A DNA stretch of 64,000 bases from Myxococcota bacterium (GCA_963169045.1 CAUJDF010000041.1:2872-66871), one strand, 5' to 3'. Shown: positions 11,555-31,973, counted from the first letter of the stretch. Notes: generated by a model not told the origin, from the letters alone. Program-made: numbers and translations.

Positions 11555-13645
11555 TCAGCCTCCGTACCGCTTCACGATGCTCTCGGCGAGCGCCTCGGGC
11601 ACCGGCGAGTGATGCGCGAAGTGCATCGTGTAGGTGCCGCGTCCTTGTGTCGCGGACCGCAGAACGGTGGCGTATCCGAACATGCTCGAAAGCGGCACCA
11701 CCGCTGAAACTACCTGCGCACCCGTGCGCAGCGCCATGTCCCGAATCTCACCGCGTCGACTATTCAGGTCGCCGATGACGTCCCCGACAAACTCTTCGGG
11801 AACAACCACCTCGACGCTCATCATCGGCTCGAGGAGCACGGGGCTCGCACTCCGGGCGGCTTCCTTGAATGCCATGCTTCCCGCCACACGGAATGCCATC
11901 TCCGACGAGTCCACTTCATGGTACGACCCGTCGTAGAGCTCAACCTCGACGTCCACCATCGGGAAGCCGGCGAGTACGCCGCCCGAACAGGCGCCTTCGG
12001 CGCCAGCCTGTACGGCGGAAAAGAATTCCTTCGGAACGACTGCATTCGCAATCGTCGACGTAAACTTGAAGCCGCTACCTCGCTGTCCAGGGCGGAGCCG
12101 CAACCAGCAATGACCGTACTGCCCACGCCCTCCGGTTTGGCGAACGAACTTCCCTTCGCCCGTTCCTTCGCGGCTGATCGTCTCGCGGTACGCAACTTGG
12201 GGCTTTCCCACGTTCGCCGCGACATTGAACTCGCGCAACAGTCGATCGACGATGATCTCGAGGTGCAACTCACCCATGCCGGCGATCAGCATCTGTCCGG
12301 TCTCTGGGTCTGTCAGTACCCGAAAGGACGGGTCTTCGAGCATGAGCTTGCCAAGCGATGAGGCTAGCCGGTCCTCGTCGGCCTTTGTCTTCGGCTCAAT
12401 TGCGACATTGATGACCGGCTCCGGGACCTGCATTCGCTCCAACGCTACCGGATGGCGCTCGTCGCACAGCGTGTCACCTGTGCGTACCGTCTTTAGTCCG
12501 ACGGCCGCGACAATATCACCGGCGAAGCAGTCTACAATGTCCTCGCGCTGATTCGCATGCATGCGAAGCAGGCGGCCGATCCGCTCGCGCTTGCCCGTCG
12601 TGACGTTGAGGACGGTCTGCCCTGCCGTCAGCGATCCCGAGTACACTCGAAAGTACGTCAAGTGACCGACGTACGAATCCGTCGATATCTTAAACGCTAG
12701 TGCCGCGAACGGCCCATCGTCTCTGGCGGGACGCCCAACCCTATCCTCGGTTGCTTCGCCGTTCTGCACCCGCATGCCCTCAATCGGAGGGACGTCGACG
12801 GGCGCGGGCAGAAAGTCGATCACCGCATCGAGAAGCGGCTGAATCCCCTTGTTCTTGAAGGCCGCTCCGCAGAGGACCGGCACTCCCTTCAGCGCGAGGG
12901 TCATCCGGCGCACTGCACGCCGAATCTGCTCGGGCGTGAGTTCGCGCTCCTCAAGCAGCCACTCGAGGATCTCGTCGTCGTGGGTGGACAAGTGCTCAAG
13001 CATGGCTTCGCGGTGCATCTCCGCCTCATCTGCGAGGTCGGCAGGTACTTCCGTTACCTCGAAGCGAGCCCCTTGCCCCTCCTCGTTCCAGACGACCGCC
13101 CTACGCTCGATGAGATCCACAACCCCTCGAAAGGACTCCTCGGCGCCGAGCGGCAACTGGATCACCAGCGGATTCGCGTATAGACGATCACGGAGCATCT
13201 CAACGCAGCGGTCAAAATTGACACCGACGCGGTCCATCTTATTGACAAACACAACGCGCGGTACTCTGTACCGGTCGGCCTGACGCCAGACCGTTTCGGT
13301 CTGCGGCTCCACTCCCGAGACGCCGTCGAGCACCGTAATCGCGCCGTCCAGGACGCGCAGGCTACGCTCTACCTCGATTGTGAAGTCGACGTGCCCCGGA
13401 GTGTCGATGATATTGATCACGTGCTCTCGCCAGTGGCACGTGGTGGCCGCCGACGTGATTGTGATCCCCCGCTCTTGCTCTTGTTGCATCCAGTCCATGA
13501 CGGCGGTGCCCTCATGGACCTCGCCCAGCTTGTAGCTGCGCCCGGTATAGAACAAGATGCGCTCGGTCGTCGTCGTCTTGCCGGCGTCAATGTGGGCCAT
13601 GATCCCGATGTTGCGGGTCGAGGCGATGGGAACCTGACGCGGCAT
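11555..13645 (-). CDS. fusA: elongation factor G
   Basis: 696 aa, G1 motif [23 protein letters not shown]. Confidence 0.96.
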   Translation of the reverse strand: MPRQVPIASTRNIGIMAHIDAGKTTTTERILFYTGRSYKLGEVHEGTAVMDWMQQEQERGITITSAATTCHWREHVINIIDTPGHVDFTIEVERSLRVLDGAITVLDGVSGVEPQTETVWRQADRYRVPRVVFVNKMDRVGVNFDRCVEMLRDRLYANPLVIQLPLGAEESFRGVVDLIERRAVVWNEEGQGARFEVTEVPADLADEAEMHREAMLEHLSTHDDEILEWLLEERELTPEQIRRAVRRMTLALKGVPVLCGAAFKNKGIQPLLDAVIDFLPAPVDVPPIEGMRVQNGEATEDRVGRPARDDGPFAALAFKISTDSYVGHLTYFRVYSGSLTAGQTVLNVTTGKRERIGRLLRMHANQREDIVDCFAGDIVAAVGLKTVRTGDTLCDERHPVALERMQVPEPVINVAIEPKTKADEDRLASSLGKLMLEDPSFRVLTDPETGQMLIAGMGELHLEIIVDRLLREFNVAANVGKPQVAYRETISREGTGEGKFVRQTGGRGQYGHCWLRLRPGQRGSGFKFTSTIANAVVPKEFFSAVQAGAEGACSGGVLAGFPMVDVEVELYDGSYHEVDSSEMAFRVAGSMAFKEAARSASPVLLEPMMSVEVVVPEEFVGDVIGDLNSRRGEIRDMALRTGAQVVSAVVPLSSMFGYATVLRSATQGRGTYTMHFAHHSPVPEALAESIVKRYGG

Positions 13646-13676
13646 TGACGATGTCCGAATCCTCTACTGGCCCGGA

Positions 13677-14147
13677 TTACCAGCGATAGTGGGCGAAAGC
13701 CTTGTTCGCCTCGGCCATCTTGTGCGTGTCTTCGCGCTTCTTGATCGTGTTTCCACGACCGGCGGCAGCATCAATCAACTCGCCTGCGAGCTTCTCGGCC
13801 ATCGTCTTCTCGTGGCGCGAGCGCGAGTAGATGATGAGCCAACGAATCGCAAGCGCTGTGCGCCGCTCGCCCCGGATCTCGACCGGCACCTGGTATGTAG
13901 AGCCGCCGACGCGACGGCTCTTCACCTCGAGGCTCGGCTTCACGTTCTCAACGGCCTTCTTGAAGACGCGCAGCGGATCTTCCTTGGCGCGCTTCTCGAC
14001 GATGTCGAAGGCGCCATAGATGATCTGCTCGGCTACCGACTTCTTGCCGGCAAGCATCAGGCTGTTCGTAAATTTTGCTACCAGCCGATCACCGAATTTG
14101 GGATCAGGCAGGATGCGGCGCTTGGGGACTTCGCGGCGACGCGGCAT
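13677..14147 (-). CDS. rpsG: 30S ribosomal protein S7
   Basis: 156 aa [20 protein letters not shown]... Confidence 0.95.
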   Translation of the reverse strand: MPRRREVPKRRILPDPKFGDRLVAKFTNSLMLAGKKSVAEQIIYGAFDIVEKRAKEDPLRVFKKAVENVKPSLEVKSRRVGGSTYQVPVEIRGERRTALAIRWLIIYSRSRHEKTMAEKLAGELIDAAAGRGNTIKKREDTHKMAEANKAFAHYRW

Positions 14148-14164
14148 CTTCCTTCTCCTCTACA

Positions 14165-14539
14165 CTACTTCTTGGGCCGCTTGGCGCCGTACTTTGAACG
14201 GCCCTGCTTGCGATTGGCGACGCCAGTCGCGTCCAGCGTGCCGCGGATGATGTGGTACCGAACGCCAGGCAGGTCCTTTACACGACCACCGCGAATGAGC
14301 ACCACTGAGTGCTCCTGCAGGTTGTGCCCCTCACCCGGAATGTAGCTCGTCACTTCGATCCCGTTGGTCAAGCGAACACGGGCAACCTTGCGGAGCGCCG
14401 AATTTGGCTTCTTGGGCGTCGAAGTGTAGACGCGGACACAGACGCCGCGCTTCTGAGGGCATTCCTGCAGAGCGGGCGCGGCGTTCTTGCCCCGCTTGTG
14501 CTCGCGGCCCTTACGGACCAGTTGGCTGATCGTAGGCAT
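14165..14539 (-). CDS. rpsL: 30S ribosomal protein S12
   Basis: 124 aa [34 protein letters not shown]... Confidence 0.95.
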   Translation of the reverse strand: MPTISQLVRKGREHKRGKNAAPALQECPQKRGVCVRVYTSTPKKPNSALRKVARVRLTNGIEVTSYIPGEGHNLQEHSVVLIRGGRVKDLPGVRYHIIRGTLDATGVANRKQGRSKYGAKRPKK

Positions 14540-14791
14540 TCGTCCTCTACCTCAGAATGACCGTCGGCGCCGCGGCGTCACCGGTCGTCCAGCTGTCGGG
14601 TGTCGGGAAACCATTCGGAGGGCGATGGACGCTACTCAGCGTCCTTCCGGAGTACCACGGTACATCCAGTCGACCCCCGGTGGTTCGAAACCGCTCACCT
14701 GCGGCCCGCCTTCCGGGATGCGCCTCGTATGAAGGGGTCCTTTGCGGGCTCCCCTCAGCCGGCCTTCACGGCATTCGGCAACGAGAGCGGC

Positions 14792-14819
14792 ATTATAATG
14801 GGCAGGTCCGGCCAGTCAA
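14792..14819 (-). promoter_or_regulatory. candidate sigma70 promoter of the rpsL-rpsG-fusA-S10 transcription unit (TTGACT-16 nt-TATAAT), followed by ~245-nt 5' leader
   Basis: On minus strand: TTGACTggccggacctgcccatTATAATg, a near-consensus -35/-10 immediately downstream of rpoC stop. Confidence 0.5.
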
Positions 14820-14835
14820 CAGTTTTCGACTGACC

Positions 14836-18963
<4,128 letters not shown>

Positions 18964-18988
18964 GGTTCTCCTCGCTCGATCCGGGGAT

Positions 18989-23155
<4,167 letters not shown>

Positions 23156-23248
23156 GCGTGATCCTCTTCAAGACGAGGCAGCGGCGGAAGCGTGAGCGGC
23201 CCAGCCCCGACGAGCCGCAGCCTGACCAGATGACCGAAAGCGGCGCGA

Positions 23249-23316
23249 GGTTGCACATCTCGGCAGAAAACCAGATGCGCAACTCGCGCCACTGGCGCGC
23301 GCCGGCCACGTGCCGG
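23249..23316 (-). promoter_or_regulatory. rplL-rpoB intergenic stem-loops (candidate transcription attenuator)
   Basis: Two imperfect inverted repeats in the 190-nt rplL-rpoB spacer: gttgcgcatct-12 nt-agatgtgcaac, and cgcgcaccggc-acgtg-gccggcgcg (RNA sense). No clear U-tract. Confidence 0.3.
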
Positions 23317-23347
23317 TGCGCGCTGCTCGCACTGAGAGAGGCGTCGG

Positions 23348-23734
23348 CTACTTGAGCTCGATCGTCGCGCCGGCCTCTTCCAGCTTCTTCTTCAGGTTCT
23401 CGGCGTCATCCTTGGACAGGCCTTCCTTCACGGTGCTCGGCGCGCCGTCGACCATGTCCTTGGCTTCCTTCAGGCCAAGGCCGGTGAGCTCACGCACCAC
23501 CTTGATGACCTGGATCTTCTTGTCGCCCGCCGCCTTCAGGACGACGTCGAACTCGGTCTTCTCGACGGCCGCGGGGGCCGCGCCGCCGGCGGCGGCCGGA
23601 GCGGCGGCGATGGCGACCGGCGCCGCGGCGCTCACGCCCCACTTCTCCTCGAGCGTCTTGGTGATCTCGGCGAGCTCGAGGATGGTGCGGTTGCTCAGCC
23701 AGTCGATGACCTGGTCACGCGTCAAATCGGCCAT
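23348..23734 (-). CDS. rplL: 50S ribosomal protein L7/L12
   Basis: 128 aa, Ala-rich hinge, C-terminal [11 protein letters not shown]... Confidence 0.95.
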   Translation of the reverse strand: MADLTRDQVIDWLSNRTILELAEITKTLEEKWGVSAAAPVAIAAAPAAAGGAAPAAVEKTEFDVVLKAAGDKKIQVIKVVRELTGLGLKEAKDMVDGAPSTVKEGLSKDDAENLKKKLEEAGATIELK

Positions 23735-23779
23735 TTTCTCGTTTCTCCTCTGATTGCTGTTCGTCGACTTGAATCAACT

Positions 23780-24298
23780 TCACTCCGCCAGCTTCTCACC
23801 GCGCGCCTGCAGGACCCGGACGAAACCGGACTGCGCAGCGTTGAGCAGGCGGACGAACTGCGAAGGCACCCCGTTGAACACGCTGAGCAGGCGCGAGCGG
23901 AGCTCGTTCTTCCCCGGCATGGTGGCCAGAGACTTGACGCCATCCGCATCGAGCAAAGTGCCCGAGAGCCAGCCGCCCTTGATCACCAGCTTCTCGTTCG
24001 TCTTCACGAACTCGCTGAGGACCTTCGCGGCCGCCGCCGGGTCTTCGGCATGGAACGCGATGGCGGTGTTCCCGTGCAGCAGCGGGTCGAGCACCGACAT
24101 CGCCGTGCCAGCAACGGCCCGACGGACAAGCGTGTTCTTCACGACCTCATAGCGGACCGCCGCCTTGCGAAACTCCCGTCGAAGCTCGGTGATCTTCTCG
24201 ACCGTGAGCCCTTGGAAGTCCGTGAGCACGACGGCGGGCACGCCATCGAGCGCCTCGCGGAGGCGATCGACTTCTTCAGTTTTCTGGGTGCGGTTCAA
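23780..24298 (-). CDS. rplJ: 50S ribosomal protein L10
   Basis: 172 aa; adjacent to L7/L12. Confidence 0.93.
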   Translation of the reverse strand: MNRTQKTEEVDRLREALDGVPAVVLTDFQGLTVEKITELRREFRKAAVRYEVVKNTLVRRAVAGTAMSVLDPLLHGNTAIAFHAEDPAAAAKVLSEFVKTNEKLVIKGGWLSGTLLDADGVKSLATMPGKNELRSRLLSVFNGVPSQFVRLLNAAQSGFVRVLQARGEKLAE

Positions 24299-24467
24299 CG
24301 CTCCTCACCCCCTTTCCCGGTTCAGGCCGTCCTGAACGTCTCTCTGCGGGGGCGCTGCCGATCGAACAGCATGGCCCCGCCTCGGCGGGCCCCCGAGGCC
24401 GTTGCCCCGGAACTTAAGCGATGAGCACCCGCTGTCTCTGGCCGGCCGTAGTTCTCGATTGCGTTCC
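24299..24467 (-). promoter_or_regulatory. rplJ (L10) leader region
   Basis: 170-nt untranslated spacer between rplA and rplJ with GC-rich hairpin gcctcgg-cgggccc-ccgaggc. Position matches the autoregulatory L10 leader of other bacteria. Confidence 0.3.
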
Positions 24468-25175
24468 TCAGTGCGTAGCGCCGAGGTACGCGCCGGGGTC
24501 AATCTTGACGCCCGGACCCATGGTCGAGGACACCGTGATGTTCTTGAGGTAGACACCCTTCGCAGTCGCCGGCTTGAGGCGCACGAGGGTCTCCATCAGA
24601 GCATTCAGGTTCCCCAAGAGCTTCTCCGCGTCGAACGAGGTCTTCCCGATCGGCGCGTGCACGATACCGGCCTTGTCGACGCGGAACTCCACACGACCGG
24701 CCTTGGTCTCGCGAACGGCATTCCCAATGTCGAAGGTCACCGTGCCCACTTTCGGATTGGGCATGAGGCCGCGAGGACCGAGAACACGACCGATACGACC
24801 CACGAGACCCATCATGTCAGGGGTCGCGATGGCCTTGTCGAAGTCGAGCCAGCCTTCATCCTGGATCTTCTTGACCAGATCCTCGCCACCGACAAAGTCG
24901 GCGCCGGCCTCGCGCGCTTCGATCTCTTTGTCGCCCTTCGCGAAGACGACGACGCGAACCGTCTTGCCGAGACCGTGGGGGTAGACGACTGCGCCGCGGA
25001 CCATCTGGTCCGCGTGTCGCGGATTCACCCCTAGGTTCACGGCGAGGTCGACGGTTTCGTCGAACTTCGTGTAGTGCGCGCTCTTGACGAGCGAAAGCGC
25101 CTCGGCGGGGTCATACCGTTTGGAACGGTCGACCAGCCCGATGACCTGGCGGTACTTCTTTCCACGCGTGGGCAT
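24468..25175 (-). CDS. rplA: 50S ribosomal protein L1
   Basis: ORF 24468..25241; probable true start [11 protein letters not shown]... (25175). Confidence 0.93.
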   Translation of the reverse strand: MPTRGKKYRQVIGLVDRSKRYDPAEALSLVKSAHYTKFDETVDLAVNLGVNPRHADQMVRGAVVYPHGLGKTVRVVVFAKGDKEIEAREAGADFVGGEDLVKKIQDEGWLDFDKAIATPDMMGLVGRIGRVLGPRGLMPNPKVGTVTFDIGNAVRETKAGRVEFRVDKAGIVHAPIGKTSFDAEKLLGNLNALMETLVRLKPATAKGVYLKNITVSSTMGPGVKIDPGAYLGATH

Positions 25176-25266
25176 CTGTGCCTCCTGAGTCAGCGTGGCC
25201 CCGGTCCAGCCGCGCTCCGCCGGCGCTCCCGGGACATTCAACGGCTCCCTCGGCGGGAGCCAGAAA

Positions 25267-25692
25267 TCACTGCGAAATGGTGATGCCCATCGACCGAGCC
25301 GTGCCCGAGATCGTGCGGATCGCCGACTCGAGCGAGTCGGTGTTCAGGTCGGGAAGCTTCAGCTTCGCGATGTCGCGGATCTGCTCCTCCGTCACCTTGC
25401 CGACCTTGTTCCGGTTGGGTGCACCTGACCCCTTCTGGACTTTTGCGGCCTTCATGATGAGGACCGACGCAGGCGGGGTCTTCGTGATGAAAGAGAACGA
25501 GCGGTCGGAATAGACGGTGATCACGACGGGAATGATCATCCCTATCTGGTCCGCCGTCCGCGCATTGAACTCCTTCACGAACTGCATGATGTTGACGCCG
25601 TGCTGACCGAGGGCCGGACCCACGGGCGGCGACGGGTTCGCCTGGCCCGCCGGACACTGCAGCTTGATGAAGCCCGTTACCTTCTTGGCCAT
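25267..25692 (-). CDS. rplK: 50S ribosomal protein L11
   Basis: 141 aa [36 protein letters not shown]... Confidence 0.95.
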   Translation of the reverse strand: MAKKVTGFIKLQCPAGQANPSPPVGPALGQHGVNIMQFVKEFNARTADQIGMIIPVVITVYSDRSFSFITKTPPASVLIMKAAKVQKGSGAPNRNKVGKVTEEQIRDIAKLKLPDLNTDSLESAIRTISGTARSMGITISQ

Positions 25693-25718
25693 CGGTTGAT
25701 CTCCTGCTCAGCGGCCGC

Positions 25719-26258
25719 TCAGGCCTTCTCTACCTGTGTAAAATCGAGCTCGACCGGCGTCGCGCGTCCGAAGATGCTCACCAAGACCCGCAGCTTGCCC
25801 TTGTCGGCGTTGACCTCGTCCACCGTGCCGCTGAAGTTCGCGAACGGACCGTCGGTCACGCGGACGGTCTCCCCCTCTTCGAAGCGCTGCTTCGGAGCGG
25901 GGCGCGCCGTGCCTTCGGCGATCTGATTGGTGATGCGCGCGACCTCGTGTGCCGGCACGCTGGGAACCGAGGACGGGTCGCTTCCCCCGCCGACGAAGCC
26001 AGAGACCTTGGGCGTATCGCGTACGACGTGCCAGGTCTGCTTGTTGAGCTCCATCTTGACGAGGATGTAACCCGGAAAGAACTTGCGGGACGAGGGCTTC
26101 CGCTCGCCCTTGGCGCCCTCGTTCACGGTCTCCTTCGGGACGAGGATCTCCGAAAAGAAGGCCTCCATCCCGAACTGCTTGATCCGCTCGCGAAGTGACT
26201 GCTCGACCTTGTTCTCATACCCGGAGTAGGTATGAACGACGTACCACTTGTGCTCCAT
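25719..26258 (-). CDS. nusG: transcription termination/antitermination factor NusG
   Basis: NGN+KOW; probable start [18 protein letters not shown] (26258). Confidence 0.93.
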   Translation of the reverse strand: MEHKWYVVHTYSGYENKVEQSLRERIKQFGMEAFFSEILVPKETVNEGAKGERKPSSRKFFPGYILVKMELNKQTWHVVRDTPKVSGFVGGGSDPSSVPSVPAHEVARITNQIAEGTARPAPKQRFEEGETVRVTDGPFANFSGTVDEVNADKGKLRVLVSIFGRATPVELDFTQVEKA

Positions 26259-26295
26259 GGGGCTTCTCCGGGCGACGACTACGCTTCGTGGTCCG

Positions 26296-26685
26296 TCAGG
26301 TCGTGCCGCCAAGGATGAGATTTGTCAGATTGCCGAACACCAGGTCGAACACCCAGAGGATCACCGCGACCACGACCGCCACCACCACCGTGATGCGCGT
26401 GTTCGTCTTGACCTCTTTCCAGGTGGGCCAGGTGACCTTCGTCAGCTCGTCGGCGGCCTCGTAGGCGAGAGGACGAACGCGCGGGTGGCGCCAAGCCCAG
26501 AACAGCAGCGCAACCGCTGCCGCCGCCCCGAGAAGCGTGGTGGTCGTGAAGCGCCGTCCGAGCAGTCCCGCATCGCGGATGCCGAACGCGCCGAAGACCG
26601 CCTCGAACACGTGGGCAAAGAGCCACCACGCCAAGAAGGTACCGGCCGTGAAGGCAATGTTGACGATTCGCTTCGACGCTTCCAT
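26296..26685 (-). CDS. secE: preprotein translocase subunit SecE
   Basis: 129 aa membrane protein with [10 protein letters not shown] motif; conserved tRNA-Trp/secE/nusG arrangement. Confidence 0.8.
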   Translation of the reverse strand: MEASKRIVNIAFTAGTFLAWWLFAHVFEAVFGAFGIRDAGLLGRRFTTTTLLGAAAAVALLFWAWRHPRVRPLAYEAADELTKVTWPTWKEVKTNTRITVVVAVVVAVILWVFDLVFGNLTNLILGGTT

Positions 26686-26761
26686 CGCTCACCCGCGCCG
26701 CAGGCCGCTCTGAAGCATTGCCCACGTACGCTCTTTCGCCGCCGCCTGCGGCTTCGATTGG

Positions 26762-26834
26762 CAGGCCCGGAGGGACTCGAACCCCCGACCGCCGGATTTG
26801 GAGTCCAGTGCTCTACCGACTGAGCTACGGGCCT
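26762..26834 (-). tRNA. tRNA-Trp (anticodon CCA)
   Basis: Cloverleaf by hand: AGGCCCG-TA-GCTC...CTCCAAA (CCA)...GGGGG-TTCGAGT-CCCTC-CGGGCCT-G. Confidence 0.88.
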
Positions 26835-26854
26835 ACGAAAGGGCGGCGACTCTC

Positions 26855-26893
26855 CAAAAAGTCCGAAACCCAGGCGGCTTCGGGCCGCCTGGG
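26855..26893 (-). terminator. intrinsic terminator downstream of tuf
   Basis: Perfect 10-bp GC stem cccaggcggc / gccgcctggg with 5-nt loop, followed on the transcribed strand by UUUCGGACUUUUU. Confidence 0.7.
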
Positions 26894-26931
26894 TTCTCGG
26901 TCGACGCCCCGAAGGGGCGCCCGCGCAACGC

Positions 26932-28116
<1,185 letters not shown>

Positions 28117-28202
28117 CTGCAGGAATCTCCCTGAGGAAGCGCTTGCGCCCTCGCTCGCGTCGCGAGCCGGGTCGAACGGTCATTAGCCTACGCGCGATAG
28201 CA

Positions 28203-28275
28203 AGCCGACGACCGGACTTGAACCGGTGACCCCGTCCTTACCAAGGACGTGCTCTACCTGCTGAGCTACGCCGGC
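28203..28275 (-). tRNA. tRNA-Thr (anticodon GGT)
   Basis: GCCGGCG-TA-GCTC...anticodon loop TTGGTAA...TTCAAGT T-loop. Confidence 0.85.
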
Positions 28276-28323
28276 ATGGGCCGGGCCCACCGAGGCAGAC
28301 CCGACCATGCTCAATTCAAGGGC

Positions 28324-28396
28324 AGCGGGAGACGGGGTTCGAACCCGCGACATTCAGCTTGGAAGGCTGACGCTCTGCCAGCTGAGCTACTCCCGC
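28324..28396 (-). tRNA. tRNA-Gly (anticodon TCC)
   Basis: GCGGGAG-TA-GCTC...loop CTTCCAA...GCGGG-TTCGAAC-CCCGT. Confidence 0.85.
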
Positions 28397-28435
28397 GCAG
28401 GGCCCGAGTAAGCAGGCCCGAACGCGATCAATCCA

Positions 28436-28518
<83 letters not shown>

Positions 28519-28565
28519 AAAGGACCCCATACCGTCTGAAAAGAACCAGCGGCGTCGGGGTGTCG

Positions 28566-28637
28566 TGCTGGCGATGGGAGTTGAACCCGCAACCTGCTGA
28601 TTACAAATCAGCTGCTCTACCATTGAGCTACGCCAGC
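28566..28637 (-). tRNA. tRNA-Thr (anticodon TGT)
   Basis: GCTGGCG-TA-GCTCAATGGTAGAGC; loop TTTGTAA. T-stem has one mismatch in my reading. Confidence 0.72.
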
Positions 28638-28652
28638 GCAACGCGGAGGCGG

Positions 28653-28793
28653 AACCTAGCAGCGGATCTGAAACGGGTCAACCCGTTTGCAGTGTTCGAT
28701 CAACGCCCGGACGCGACACCTCGACGCGGAAGACAGAGGTACCCCTGCCTTCAAAGTCCGGGGCGTTATAGGGCAACGTGTGGACCTGGTCAA
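28653..28793 (-). promoter_or_regulatory. tandem candidate sigma70 promoters for the tRNA(Thr-Tyr-Gly-Thr)-tuf unit
   Basis: Minus strand: P1 TTGACC-17 nt-TATAAC (28788-28793 / 28765-28770). P2 TTGACC-17 nt-TAGGTT (28676-28681 / 28653-28658) about 10 nt before the first tRNA. Confidence 0.4.
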
Positions 28794-28838
28794 GATGTTT
28801 TGTTGGAGAATTCCGCCGGAGAGCGAATCTCGAAGATG

Positions 28839-29579
28839 TCAGCGACGCCTCTCCGCACCTCGACGCTGCCGCGCGACCTCGTAGAGCAGTATCGAGGCAG
28901 CGGCAGAAGCGTTGAGGCTCTCGGTGACCCCGGTCAGCGGGATGGTGGCGACCGCATCGCAGGCCTGTCGCGTGAGACGTCGCAGCCCCTCCCCTTCGGC
29001 GCCGATGACGAGAATCAGGGGCCCGGTGAGGTCGAGGGTGTCAGGCGCGACGCCGTCGAGGTCGGCGCCGACCACGAGGAGGCCGGCGTCCCCAGCCGCG
29101 CGGAGAGCGCGGGCCAGATTGACCTCCATCGCGACGGGGAGGAGCTCGCTCGCGCCCGCCGAAGTCCGCGTGACGGTGGGTCCGAGGCGGGCGCAGCGGT
29201 CGGTCGTCAGAAGCGCGCCGGAAGCGCCGAGCGCCTCGGCCGATCGGAGGACGGCGCCGAGATTGCGCGGATCGGTGATCTGGTCGGCGGCGACGATGAG
29301 GGCGTCGGGCGCCGAGACGAGCTCGTCGAGGCCGACATAGCCTGCCGGTGTGGCCAGCGCGACGAGACCCTGGTGCCGAAGGTCGCCGGCGTGCCCGGCG
29401 AGGGTGGCCTCGTCCGTGGCCTCGAGCGCGATGCCGCGCCGGCGCGCCTCATCGAGGATGCGTCCGCGCGCACCGTGTGAGGGTCCATGGTGCAGGACGC
29501 GTTCGACCCGCCCAGGCGCGTGATTGAGCAGCGCTTCGACCGCGCGTACGCCGACGACCGGGACCCTCGGTGGCGCCAT
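28839..29579 (-). CDS. rlmB: SpoU/TrmH-family rRNA 2'-O-methyltransferase (RlmB-like)
   Basis: N-terminal SpoU substrate-binding domain plus C-terminal SPOUT knot (VIGAEGEGL...SLNASAAA); start MAPPRVPVVGV. Confidence 0.75.
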   Translation of the reverse strand: MAPPRVPVVGVRAVEALLNHAPGRVERVLHHGPSHGARGRILDEARRRGIALEATDEATLAGHAGDLRHQGLVALATPAGYVGLDELVSAPDALIVAADQITDPRNLGAVLRSAEALGASGALLTTDRCARLGPTVTRTSAGASELLPVAMEVNLARALRAAGDAGLLVVGADLDGVAPDTLDLTGPLILVIGAEGEGLRRLTRQACDAVATIPLTGVTESLNASAAASILLYEVARQRRGAERRR

Positions 29580-29580
29580 G

Positions 29581-30279
29581 TCAGCCGATTTCGTCGTGGA
29601 GGGCGGTGATCGCGGCCTGCCAGTCGGCCGCGGCCACGATTGGGCGGCCAACGACCAGAAGATCGGCGCCCGCCTCGATCGCGGCGCGCGGCGTCGCGGC
29701 ACGACGCTGGTCCCCCACTTCGAGGCCGGCGGGGCGGATACCGGGCGTTACGATCCGAAGGTCGGGCCCGTTCTCGGCGCGCAGCGCGGGGACCTCCATC
29801 GCGCTGCAGACGATGCCTCCGAGGCCAGTCTCGCGCGCGAGGCGAGCACGGGCGGCGACGACGGCGTCGATCGTCGTTGTGACGCCGACTTCGGCGAGGG
29901 CAGCGGCATCGAGGCTGGTGAGGACGGTCACGCCGAGCACGCAGACCTCGCCGCGGGCGGCTTCGGCCGCAGCGGTGAGCATCGCCCGCCCGCCCCCCGT
30001 GTGCACGGTGAGGTAGTCCGCGCCGACCCGAAGGAGGGCTTCGACGGCGCGACCGACGGTCTGCGGAATGTCGTGCAGCTTGAGGTCGAGGAAGACGGCC
30101 CGAGCGCCGGCTTCGCGGATGGCGGAGACAGCCGTGGGGCCATGGGCGCCGAAGAGCTCGAGGCCCACCTTGAACACGCGGAACGCGTCGCGCGTCCGCC
30201 GGACCCACTCCACCGCCGTCTCGAGCTGGCCTGTGTCGAGGGCGAGGCAGAGGCGATCGGCGGGCTTCACTCCGTCCAC
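29581..30279 (-). CDS. pyrF: orotidine 5'-phosphate decarboxylase
   Basis: 232 aa, LDLKLHDIPQTV active-site motif. Confidence 0.88.
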   Translation of the reverse strand: MDGVKPADRLCLALDTGQLETAVEWVRRTRDAFRVFKVGLELFGAHGPTAVSAIREAGARAVFLDLKLHDIPQTVGRAVEALLRVGADYLTVHTGGGRAMLTAAAEAARGEVCVLGVTVLTSLDAAALAEVGVTTTIDAVVAARARLARETGLGGIVCSAMEVPALRAENGPDLRIVTPGIRPAGLEVGDQRRAATPRAAIEAGADLLVVGRPIVAAADWQAAITALHDEIG

Positions 30280-31973
30280 TCGGCCACGCGGCGGGCGATG
30301 TCGGCGAGGGGCACCTGCTGGACCTCACTCGATCGTCGAGGCTTCAGCTCGACGACGCCGTCCTTCAGGCCGCGCCCCCCAATCGCCACGCGAAGTGGAA
30401 TCCCGAGGAGATCCGCATCTTTGAACTTCACACCGGCGCGCTCGTCCCGGTCGTCGAGCAGCACCTCGACGCCCGCCGCCTGCAGGTCGGCGTACAGCTT
30501 CTCGGCGGCCTGAACGACGTCGGGAACGTTCATCTGCAATGGGAGGACGATGACGCGATAGGGCGCGATGGCGAGCGGCCAGACGATGCCGTCGGCGTCG
30601 TGGTTCTGCTCGATGGCGGCGGCCATGGTGCGGGTGACGCCAATGCCGTAGCAGCCCATGACCATCGGCCTCTCGACGCCGGACTCGTCGAGGTAGGTGC
30701 ACTTCATCGCGTCGCTGTACTTGGTGCCGAGGAAGAAGACGTGACCCACCTCGATGCCGCGGAAGCTCTTCAGCTCGCCGCCGCAGCGCGGGCATGGGTC
30801 GCCTTCGACGGCGAGCCGGAGGTCTCCGAAGCGAGTGACCTGGAAGTCGCGGCCTTCCGTGACGTCGACGAAGTGGTGGTCGTCGGCGTTGGCGCCGGCC
30901 ACCGCGTGCGTCATGCCACGGACGGCGTTGTCGGCGAGGATGCCGACGACGCCGCGCAGGCCGACGGGGCCGGCGAAGCCCACCGCGGCGCCGGTGGCGG
31001 TGCGCACCTGCTCCTCGTGCGCCAGGTCGACGCGCTGCGCCCCGAGCAGCTTCTTGACCTTGATGAGGTTCAGCTCGTGGTCGCCCCGGACGAGGACCGC
31101 GAAGAGGCGATCGTCGGCGTCGACGATCAGCGTCTTGATGAACTGGCGCGCGGGCCGGCGCAAGTAGTCCGTGACTTCAGCGATCGTGCGACGATTGGGC
31201 GTGTGGACCCGCTCGTAGGCCTTCTCGGCGACGGCGGGCGGCGGTTCGTGGTGCAGATGCAGCTCCGCCTGCTCGACGTTGGCGGCATAGGAGCATTGAG
31301 CGCAGCTGACGATCGCGTCCTCGCCGCTGGAGGCCAGCACCTGGAACTCGTGGCTGCGGCTGCCGCCGATGGAACCCGTGTCGGCCTCGACGGCGCGGAA
31401 CTGCAGGCCGCACCGGGCGAAGATGCGCTCGTATGCCGCGTACATCGCGTCGTAGCTTCGATTCGTGGCGGCGTCGTCGACGTCGAAGGAGTATGCGTCC
31501 TTCATGACGAACTCGCGGCCGCGCATCAGCCCGAAGCGCGGCCGGACCTCGTCACGGAACTTGGTCTGGATCTGGTAGAGGTTCAGGGGCAACGAGCGCC
31601 ACGACCGAACGTCGCGCTTCACGAGGTCGACGATGACCTCTTCGTGCGTCGGGCCGAGGCAGAAGTCGCCGCCCTTGCGATCCTTGAAGCGCAGCAACTC
31701 GGGGCCGTACTGGAACCAGCGGCCGGATTCCTGCCAGACCTCCGCCGGCACGACCGCCGGCAGGAAGACCTCCTGCGCGCCGGCGGCGTCCATCTCCTCG
31801 CGAATGATCGTCTCGATCTTGCGAACGACGCGCTTCGCCAGCGGCAGGAAGTCGTAGATGCCGGCGGCGAGCTTGCGGATGTAGCCGGCGCGGACGAGCA
31901 GCTGGTGGCTGACCACCTCCGCGTCCTTCGGTACTTCCTTGAGCGTCGGGGCGTGGAGACGGCTCAGGCGCAT
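30267..31973 (-). CDS. proS: proline--tRNA ligase
   Basis: Class II aaRS; start MRLSRLHAPTLKEVPKDAEVVSHQLLVRAGYIRK. Confidence 0.9.
   Translation of the reverse strand: MRLSRLHAPTLKEVPKDAEVVSHQLLVRAGYIRKLAAGIYDFLPLAKRVVRKIETIIREEMDAAGAQEVFLPAVVPAEVWQESGRWFQYGPELLRFKDRKGGDFCLGPTHEEVIVDLVKRDVRSWRSLPLNLYQIQTKFRDEVRPRFGLMRGREFVMKDAYSFDVDDAATNRSYDAMYAAYERIFARCGLQFRAVEADTGSIGGSRSHEFQVLASSGEDAIVSCAQCSYAANVEQAELHLHHEPPPAVAEKAYERVHTPNRRTIAEVTDYLRRPARQFIKTLIVDADDRLFAVLVRGDHELNLIKVKKLLGAQRVDLAHEEQVRTATGAAVGFAGPVGLRGVVGILADNAVRGMTHAVAGANADDHHFVDVTEGRDFQVTRFGDLRLAVEGDPCPRCGGELKSFRGIEVGHVFFLGTKYSDAMKCTYLDESGVERPMVMGCYGIGVTRTMAAAIEQNHDADGIVWPLAIAPYRVIVLPLQMNVPDVVQAAEKLYADLQAAGVEVLLDDRDERAGVKFKDADLLGIPLRVAIGGRGLKDGVVELKPRRSSEVQQVPLADIARRVAEWTE

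Noticed and set aside
28687-28884. 65-aa plus-strand ORF in the tRNA-promoter/rlmB spacer
   Set aside because: Overlaps candidate promoters and the rlmB 3' end; no support
29207-30513. ORFs 29207..30328 (-) and 29524..30513 (+)
   Set aside because: Alternative/antisense frames of pyrF and proS with Arg/Pro-rich translation
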